The notes under the pieces are model-generated. The model was not told the DNA's origin and ran no database searches. It saw only the letters and a list, made by a program, of their open reading frames with translations. From assembly GCA_009692785.1 (NCBI GenBank), contig SHYN01000002.1:1-42370 (forward strand): a stretch of DNA of 42,370 bases, given 5' to 3'. Below, one piece after another: positions 36,611-42,370 of the stretch (position 1 is its first letter; each line of letters begins with the position of its first letter). The position numbers were made by a program, and so were the translations under genes. The stretch is from Chloroflexota bacterium (GTDB lineage Bacteria > Chloroflexota > Limnocylindria > P2-11E).

Positions 36611-36654
36611 CCTGTTGTGTCGCTGCCCCATCGTTCTGCCCTGGCGTTGAGCGC

Positions 36655-37554
36655 ATGTCACTGTTTGCGGGGCTCGCGAAGACGCGAAGCGGTCTCCTCG
36701 CCAGGCTGTTCGGGCCGAAGGATGCAAAAGTCACCCCGGAGTGGCTGGGGGCGCTCGAGGAGGCGCTGCTGCGAGCCGACATCGCGGTCACCCTCGTCGA
36801 CCCGGTGATGGCGCAGGCGCGCGATCTGGTGACGCTCGAAGGCATCGACACGGTGCCAAAGGTGCTCGACGCGGTCCGGGACGCGCTCATTCGGGTGCTC
36901 GGCGCGGAGGATCTGGTCCTGCGGACGTCGGCCGTGCGGCCGCGGGTCGTCCTCATGGTGGGTGTGAACGGAAGCGGCAAGACGACGACCGCCGCCAAGC
37001 TCGCGAAGCGCTTGAAGGACGCCGGGGAATCACCGCTGCTCGTCGCCGCGGACACGTTTCGCGCCGCGGCGATCGAGCAACTGCAGGCCTGGGCCGCGCG
37101 TCTCGATGTGCCGGTCATCGCCGGGAAGCCACAGGGTGATCCCGCTGCGATCGTTTTCGACGGGATCACCGCCGGCATCGCGCGCGGTTCCACGACGGTC
37201 ATCGCCGACACGGCCGGGCGGCTCCATACGAAGGTGCACCTCATGGACGAGCTGGGAAAGGTGGTGCGTGTCGCCGGGCGGGCGCGAGCCGGAGCTCCCG
37301 ACGAGGTGCTCCTTGTGCTCGACGGGACAGCGGGTCAGAACGCCATCGAGCAGGCGCGTGGCTTCACCGCCTCCGCCGGCGTCACGGGTCTTGTCGTCAC
37401 GAAGCTCGATGGCACCGCGAAGGGCGGCGCGGTGTTCAGGGTCGCCGGCGAGCTCCACCTGCCGGTGAAGTTTCTCGGCGTGGGCGAAAAGGCCACGGAT
37501 CTGGTGCCGATGGACCCACGCGCTTTCGTCGAGGCGCTTCTGCCCCGCTCCTGA
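36655..37554 (+). CDS. ftsY: signal recognition particle receptor FtsY (NG domain only)
   Basis: GVNGSGKTTTAAKLA, DTAGRLH, TKLDGTAKGG and the LGVGEK motif are present. Confidence 0.9.
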   Translation: MSLFAGLAKTRSGLLARLFGPKDAKVTPEWLGALEEALLRADIAVTLVDPVMAQARDLVTLEGIDTVPKVLDAVRDALIRVLGAEDLVLRTSAVRPRVVLMVGVNGSGKTTTAAKLAKRLKDAGESPLLVAADTFRAAAIEQLQAWAARLDVPVIAGKPQGDPAAIVFDGITAGIARGSTTVIADTAGRLHTKVHLMDELGKVVRVAGRARAGAPDEVLLVLDGTAGQNAIEQARGFTASAGVTGLVVTKLDGTAKGGAVFRVAGELHLPVKFLGVGEKATDLVPMDPRAFVEALLPRS

Positions 37555-37603
37555 CCGTCATACTCGACCCCGAGATGGTCACGTCCGTCGTGGTGCCGTA
37601 GCG

Positions 37604-38941
37604 GTGTTCGAGCAGCTCTCCGACCGGCTCACCGCCACCTTCGCGAGGCTTCAGGGAAGGCCGCGGGTCACGGAAGCCGACCTCGACGAGGCGGTGCGGG
37701 ACGTTCGGGTCGCCCTCCTCGAGGCCGATGTGAATTTCAAGGTCGTCAGGCAACTGGTCGCGACCGTGAGGGAGCGTGCCCTCGGCGAGCGGGTTCTCGA
37801 ATCGATCAGCGGCGCGCAGCAGGTCGTCAAGATCGTGCACGACGCTCTGGTGCAGATGCTCGGCGGCGGCTCCGCCACCCCTCTGGCGCGTGCCGAGCGC
37901 CCACCGACGGTCATTCTCCTCGTGGGTCTCCAGGGTTCGGGCAAGACGACCACGGCGGGGAAACTCGCCAACCTCCTGCGCAAGCAGGGACGTCGGCCGC
38001 TGCTGGTCGCTGCGGACGTGTACCGCCCCGCCGCCGTCGATCAGCTGCAGGCGCTCGGCAAGCAGCTCGGCCTGCCGGTCGCGACCGTGCGCGCCGAGGC
38101 GGTCGCGGACGATATCGGCACGGTCATCGCCGCCGCGTCGGCCGACGGTCGCGACGTGGTGATCGTGGACAGCGCAGGCCGGCTGCACATTGACGACGCG
38201 ATGATGGCCGAGCTTGAGGCAGTGGTCACCAGCGCCCGTCCGCACGAGACGCTCCTCGTGGTGGACGCGATGGGGGGGCAGGACGCCGTCGATGCCGCGG
38301 CCGCGTTCAAGGCGAGGCTCCCTCTGACCGGCCTTGTGCTGACCAAGATGGACAGCGACGCGCGCGGTGGGGCCGCGCTCTCGATCCGCGCGGTCACGGG
38401 AGTGCCGGTGAAGCTCATGGGCACAAGCGAGAAGCTCGATGGCATCGAGCTGTTCCACCCCGATCGGCTCGCGCAGCGCATCCTCGGCATGGGGGACATC
38501 CTCACGCTCGTCGAGCGAGCGCAGGAGCACGTTGACGTGAAGGAGGCCGAGGCGCAGGCCAGGCGCCTCCTCGAGGCGCGCTTCACTTTTGAGGATTTCT
38601 ACGGGCAGCTCCAGCAGATCAAGAAGATGGGTCCGATCGGCGATCTGTTGAAGATGATGCCGGGGATGGGCCAGCTGGCGAAGCAGCTGCCCGCGGGCGA
38701 CAAGGCCGAGAAGGATCTCGGAAGGATCGAGGCGATCATCGCCTCGATGACCCGCGCGGAGCGTGCCGATCCGGCGCTTCTCAACGGTTCGCGCCGCAAG
38801 CGGATCGCCGCGGGATCCGGGACCACGGTCTCGGAGATCAACCATTTCCTGAAGCAGTTCGCCGAGATGCAGAAGCTCATGAAGCAGGTGGGGGGCATGG
38901 CCAAGGCCGGTCGCCTGCGGCTCCCCGGCGTCCCGCGCTGA
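37604..38941 (+). CDS. ffh: signal recognition particle protein
   Basis: MFEQLSDRLTATF is the N-terminus, with GLQGSGKTTTAGKLA, DSAGRLH and TKMDSDARGGAALS following. A Met-rich M domain is present (MGPIGDLLKMMPGMG). The start codon is GTG. Confidence 0.9.
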   Translation: MFEQLSDRLTATFARLQGRPRVTEADLDEAVRDVRVALLEADVNFKVVRQLVATVRERALGERVLESISGAQQVVKIVHDALVQMLGGGSATPLARAERPPTVILLVGLQGSGKTTTAGKLANLLRKQGRRPLLVAADVYRPAAVDQLQALGKQLGLPVATVRAEAVADDIGTVIAAASADGRDVVIVDSAGRLHIDDAMMAELEAVVTSARPHETLLVVDAMGGQDAVDAAAAFKARLPLTGLVLTKMDSDARGGAALSIRAVTGVPVKLMGTSEKLDGIELFHPDRLAQRILGMGDILTLVERAQEHVDVKEAEAQARRLLEARFTFEDFYGQLQQIKKMGPIGDLLKMMPGMGQLAKQLPAGDKAEKDLGRIEAIIASMTRAERADPALLNGSRRKRIAAGSGTTVSEINHFLKQFAEMQKLMKQVGGMAKAGRLRLPGVPR

Positions 38942-39041
38942 CCGGACCCGCGGCAGCGGACCGGCGGGCCGAGCGAGGCAATGGCCGGTGACCTATCATT
39001 GACGAACGCGTTCCCAGTCGCGCGACAAGGAGCACCCCAAG

Positions 39042-39311
39042 TTGGCAGTCCACATCCGTCTGCGCCGCACCGGCAAGCACAAGGCGCCCACCTACCGTCT
39101 GGTGGTCGCGGACTCTCGTTCGCCGCGCAACGGCAAGTTCCTTGAGATCATCGGCCACTACAACCCGCGCAGCGAGCCCGTCGAGCTGGTCGTAAAGGCG
39201 GATCGCGCGACACACTGGTTCAGCGTCGGGGCCCGTCCGACGGCGACCACCCGCTCGCTGCTCATTCGGAGCGGCCTGCCCGACGCCGAGGTCCCGCCGG
39301 TCGCGCGATGA
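39042..39311 (+). CDS. rpsP: 30S ribosomal protein S16
   Basis: The translation begins AVHIRLRRTGKHKAPTYRLVVADSRSPRNGKFLEIIGHYNP. The start is TTG 39042, preceded by AAGGAG. Confidence 0.9.
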   Translation: MAVHIRLRRTGKHKAPTYRLVVADSRSPRNGKFLEIIGHYNPRSEPVELVVKADRATHWFSVGARPTATTRSLLIRSGLPDAEVPPVAR

Positions 39312-39556
39312 CCGAGTCCGGAGCCGCGATGCGCGGACTGATCGAGCACGTCGCGCGGCAGCTCGTTGACACACCCGACGGCGTGGTGGTCACTGAGGAG
39401 CAGGACGGCGAATTTACAAAGCTCCATCTGCAGGTCGCGGACGCGGACATCGGTCAGGTCATCGGCCGCGGCGGTCGCATCGCGAAGGCGTTGCGCGCGC
39501 TGCTGAAGGTGATGGCCACGCGCGATGGCACCAAGGTCAACCTCGAGATCGACTGA
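39308..39556 (+). CDS. KH domain-containing RNA-binding protein (YlqC/UPF0109 family)
   Basis: The GXXG KH loop is present (GQVIGRGGRIAKALRALL). It has the conserved position between rpsP and rimM. The start forms an ATGA overlap with the rpsP stop. Confidence 0.8.
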   Translation: MTESGAAMRGLIEHVARQLVDTPDGVVVTEEQDGEFTKLHLQVADADIGQVIGRGGRIAKALRALLKVMATRDGTKVNLEID

Positions 39557-40055
39557 CGCGGACGAGGCCGGCATCATCGTCGGCACCATCCGCGCCCCGC
39601 ACAGCAACCGCGGCGAGGTGCGCGTCCAGCCGGAGACCGATGCACCCGACCGGTTCCGCGTGGGCCGTGTGCTCCTCTGCGACGGGGTCGGCCTTCTCAA
39701 GATCGTGTCGCTCCGCGGAGACCTTGCGGAGCCGATCATCCGCTTCGACGGGTATGCGACTCGTCCCGAGGCGGCGAACCTCACGAACCGGCTGCTGCGC
39801 GTCTCAAGGGACGAGGCACGACGCGCCGTGGCTGCGACCGCGTCCTATCTGTGGGCCGACCTCATCGGGCTGCGTGCGGAGACGCCCGAGGGCGTGGCAC
39901 TTGGTGCGGTCACCGAGGTCCTGCGGGCAGGTGGCGCCGACGTTCTCGTGGTCACCGGTGAACGAGAGCTCCTCCTCCCGATGATCGGGAGCGTCATCCG
40001 CTCCATCGACCTCGCGGCGGGCCGCGTGGTCGTCACGCCGCTGGAGGGCACATGA
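39525..40055 (+). CDS. rimM: 16S rRNA processing protein RimM
   Basis: [17 protein letters not shown] (PRC-barrel family N-terminus) and LIGL are present. ATG 39525 is the only canonical in-frame start and overlaps the KH gene by 32 nt. Confidence 0.85.
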   Translation: MAPRSTSRSTDADEAGIIVGTIRAPHSNRGEVRVQPETDAPDRFRVGRVLLCDGVGLLKIVSLRGDLAEPIIRFDGYATRPEAANLTNRLLRVSRDEARRAVAATASYLWADLIGLRAETPEGVALGAVTEVLRAGGADVLVVTGERELLLPMIGSVIRSIDLAAGRVVVTPLEGT

Positions 40056-41041
40056 GGATCGATGTGCTCACCCTGTTCCCGCGGATGTTCGAGTCACCGT
40101 TCGCGGAGAGCATCGTCGCTCGCGCAAGGAGCGCGGGGCGCCTTGACCTCGTCGTCCGGGACATCCGAGAGTGGGCGACCGATCGCCATCGTGTGGTCGA
40201 TGACGCGCCGTACGGCGGCGGTGCGGGGATGGTCCTGAAGCCCGAACCGCTCGGCAGCGCGATCCGCGAGGTGCGGGGATCGTCGGGGTACGTCGTTCTG
40301 CTGAGCGCGCAGGGGAGACTCTTCGATCAGGCGGTCGCGGGCCAGTTGGCGTTGCGTCCGCACCTCGTTCTCGTCGCCGGTCACTACGAGGGTGTTGACG
40401 AGCGGGTCGTGGAGGCGCATGTGGACCTGGAGCTCTCGATCGGCGATTACGTGCTCACGGGCGGCGAGCTTCCGGCGATGGTGGTCATCGACGCCGTCAC
40501 ACGTCTCGTGCCCGGCGTCATCGACCCCACCTCCCTCGAGCACGAGTCGCACGACCAGGGCGTGCTCGAGGGGCCGCAGTACACCCGACCGCCGGAGCAC
40601 GAGGGCCGGCGGGTGCCGGCGGTCCTCCTCTCCGGCGACCACGCCGCGATTACCTCGTGGCGCCGGGCGGAGTCGATCCGGCGGACCGCCGAACGGCGGC
40701 CCGACCTTCTCGCCCAGGCCAGGCTGACGCCGGCGGAGCGCGCACGGCTCCCGGTCCCGGCGCCGGAACGCACGCAGGTCGCGGACGAAGATCTGCGGCT
40801 GGCCTACGCCTCCGGCATCGGCTCCTACAGGATCGCCGCGCGGTTCGGGCTCTCGGCCGCGACCGTCCGGCTGCGGCTCCGCGCGATGGGGGTGCGCCTT
40901 CGCTCGCGGACCGCGCTCCGCGGACCGACCGCCCTCGAGGTGGAGCGGCTTCGCGCCACCGGCCTCACCGTGCGTGAGCTCGCTCGCCATTTTGGTGTCT
41001 CGCACGTGACGATCCTGGACCGCCTCAAGCGCGCGAAGTGA
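40052..41041 (+). CDS. trmD: tRNA (guanine37-N1)-methyltransferase with a ~95-aa C-terminal helix-turn-helix extension
   Basis: [61 protein letters not shown] and YTRP are present. The start forms an ATGA overlap with the rimM stop. The protein is 329 aa, against about 230-260 aa for typical TrmD. Confidence 0.9.
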   Translation: MRIDVLTLFPRMFESPFAESIVARARSAGRLDLVVRDIREWATDRHRVVDDAPYGGGAGMVLKPEPLGSAIREVRGSSGYVVLLSAQGRLFDQAVAGQLALRPHLVLVAGHYEGVDERVVEAHVDLELSIGDYVLTGGELPAMVVIDAVTRLVPGVIDPTSLEHESHDQGVLEGPQYTRPPEHEGRRVPAVLLSGDHAAITSWRRAESIRRTAERRPDLLAQARLTPAERARLPVPAPERTQVADEDLRLAYASGIGSYRIAARFGLSAATVRLRLRAMGVRLRSRTALRGPTALEVERLRATGLTVRELARHFGVSHVTILDRLKRAK

Positions 41042-41102
41042 CCCCGCGCCCGCGTGGTGCGGCCTCCCCTGTGGGCTGGTACACTGCCATCACTTCCGAA
41101 AG

Positions 41103-41468
41103 ATGACTGTGATCGTAATGAATGATGTTCTGAGGACCCTTGCCCAGGAGCAGCTGAAGGCCGACCTCCCGGAGATCAGGCCCGGCGACACCGTGCGCCT
41201 GTCGGTGCGCGTCGTCGAGGGCACCCGTGAGCGCATCCAGCTCTTCGAAGGCACCGTCATCCGCATTCGCAATGGCGGGATCGATCGGATCATCACCGTG
41301 CGTCGCATCTCCAGCGGCATCGGCGTCGAGCGGACGTTCCTGGTGCATTCGCCGCGGCTTGAGAAGATCGAAGTGGTCAGGCACGGGCACGCCCGTCGCG
41401 CGGCGCTCTACTTCCTTCGTGAGCGCGTCGGCAAGGCCGCGACGCTCCGCGAGAAGCGCCGCAACTAG
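41103..41468 (+). CDS. rplS: 50S ribosomal protein L19
   Basis: The translation reads ..[56 protein letters not shown]. An alternative start is ATG 41118 (MNDVL). Confidence 0.9.
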   Translation: MTVIVMNDVLRTLAQEQLKADLPEIRPGDTVRLSVRVVEGTRERIQLFEGTVIRIRNGGIDRIITVRRISSGIGVERTFLVHSPRLEKIEVVRHGHARRAALYFLRERVGKAATLREKRRN

Positions 41469-41496
41469 CAGCAGCAGGTCCGGCACGCTCCGCGCC

Positions 41497-42159
41497 GTGA
41501 CCGCCACGCGTCGCCCCTCTCGTCGCCTCGAACGGTCCCTCCAGCGGCAGGGTCTTGCCCGTGTCGCGGGTGTCGATGAGGTCGGTGTGGCCTGCCTCGC
41601 CGGTCCGGTCGTGGCCGCCGCCGTGATCATGCCCGCCGCCGCGTCGTTCATCGCGGGGGTGCGTGACTCGAAGCTGGTGCCCACCCGCGAGGAGCGCGAA
41701 TGCCTGGCGCGGGAGATCCGTGCCGTCGCCCTGGCGGTCGGAGTGGGCAGAGCGTCCGTTCGCGAGATCGACCGTCTGAACATCCTCCGCGCGACCCATC
41801 TCGCCATGCAGCGAGCGCTGGTGCTCGTGCTCCCGTATGACCTTGCCCTCATCGACGGCAACCCGATTCGTGGGCTCGAGCTGGGGTCGCACGCCGAGAT
41901 CGTGGACGGAGACGCGAAGATCTACGCCATCGCCTGTGCCTCGATCGTCGCCAAGGTCGCTCGCGACCGGCTGATGGTCCGGTTGGCGGCGAGCCACCCC
42001 GGTTACGGTTGGGAGCGCAACGTCGGCTACCCGACGCCCGAGCACCGCGACGCGCTCCGTCACCTCGGCGTGACATCGCACCACCGTCGAGACTTCGGCA
42101 CCGTGCGGCTCCTTCGGCTTGGCGAGCAGCTCGGCCTTCCCGATCTGTCGCCCGGCTGA
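41497..42159 (+). CDS. rnhB: ribonuclease HII
   Basis: VAGVDEVGVACLAGPVVAAAV, DSKL, ..ASIVAKV.RD and GYP motifs are present. The start is taken at GTG 41497, after the rplS stop; the track start at 41227 lies inside rplS. Confidence 0.85.
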   Translation: MTATRRPSRRLERSLQRQGLARVAGVDEVGVACLAGPVVAAAVIMPAAASFIAGVRDSKLVPTREERECLAREIRAVALAVGVGRASVREIDRLNILRATHLAMQRALVLVLPYDLALIDGNPIRGLELGSHAEIVDGDAKIYAIACASIVAKVARDRLMVRLAASHPGYGWERNVGYPTPEHRDALRHLGVTSHHRRDFGTVRLLRLGEQLGLPDLSPG

Positions 42160-42218
42160 AGGACCGCTCCGGACGCTCCGCTCACCGCTCGGTGCAAGTT
42201 GGTACCGATGTTGAAGGC

Positions 42219-42370
42219 GTGACGGATCCGCGGAGAGCGCTCGGCACGGAGGGTGAGCGAGCGGCGGAGCGCATCCTTGTGGCGCGCGGCATGCGCGTCA
42301 TCGCGAGGAACGTGCGGACCCGGTTCGGCGAGATCGATCTCGTCCTTCGTGAGGCGGCCGGCTATGTGTT
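42219..42370 (+). CDS. yraN: YraN/UPF0102 family endonuclease, N-terminal part (3' end outside the window)
   Basis: The frame is open from GTG 42219 to the window end. The translation is VTDPRRALGTEGERAAERILVARGMRVIARNVRTRFGEIDLVLRE.., the typical YraN N-terminus, in the usual position after rnhB. It is absent from the ORF track because no stop lies within the window. Confidence 0.7.
   Translation, partial: MTDPRRALGTEGERAAERILVARGMRVIARNVRTRFGEIDLVLREAAGYV

Noticed and set aside
1-42370. A search for CRISPR arrays, rRNA or tRNA genes, transposases or integrases, toxin-antitoxin pairs, or a defence or biosynthetic island.
   Set aside because: No spaced direct repeats were seen, and no intergenic gap other than 17164-17415 exceeds about 125 nt. 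Every substantial + strand ORF is assignable to a housekeeping family or is a small conserved-context ORF. The only mobile element is the intein inside smc.

Overview
This is a very GC-rich (by eye, not computed), densely packed housekeeping segment of a bacterial chromosome. Its gene order resembles Firmicutes, Actinobacteria and Chloroflexi. I support about 39 protein genes, 36 of them on the + strand: ilvE (partial), an LCP-family protein (-), an ABC-2 exporter pair, a NUDIX hydrolase (-), ileS, fabD-fabF-fabG, lspA-rluD-gmk, priA-def-fmt, gltB, rlmN, rpmB (-), a DAK2/YloV-like gene, recG, rsmD, a coiled-coil ORF, yceD(DUF177)-rpmF-plsX-nusB-acpP-rnc-smc-ftsY-ffh-rpsP-KH-rimM-trmD-rplS-rnhB and a partial yraN. 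Many neighbouring genes share 4-nt start/stop overlaps (ATGA, GTGA, TTGA), and I found only one clear intrinsic terminator. I saw no rRNA, tRNA, CRISPR array, transposase or integrase, and no multi-gene accessory or defence-like island. The standout feature is a 555-aa intein with a LAGLIDADG homing-endonuclease domain, inserted in frame inside the Walker A P-loop of SMC (GPNGSGK|C...HN|SNV). Secondary oddities: a TrmD with a C-terminal tandem helix-turn-helix extension, an IleRS whose HIGH and KMSKS signature motifs are both non-canonical, a peptide deformylase with an acidic N-terminal extension, an fmt with no canonical start codon at the expected position (possible CTGA coupling), and a terminator-containing 250-nt leader-like gap upstream of gltB. 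The many long antisense ORFs in the track are high-GC artefacts. All calls rest on reading motifs in the translations; no database search was run.
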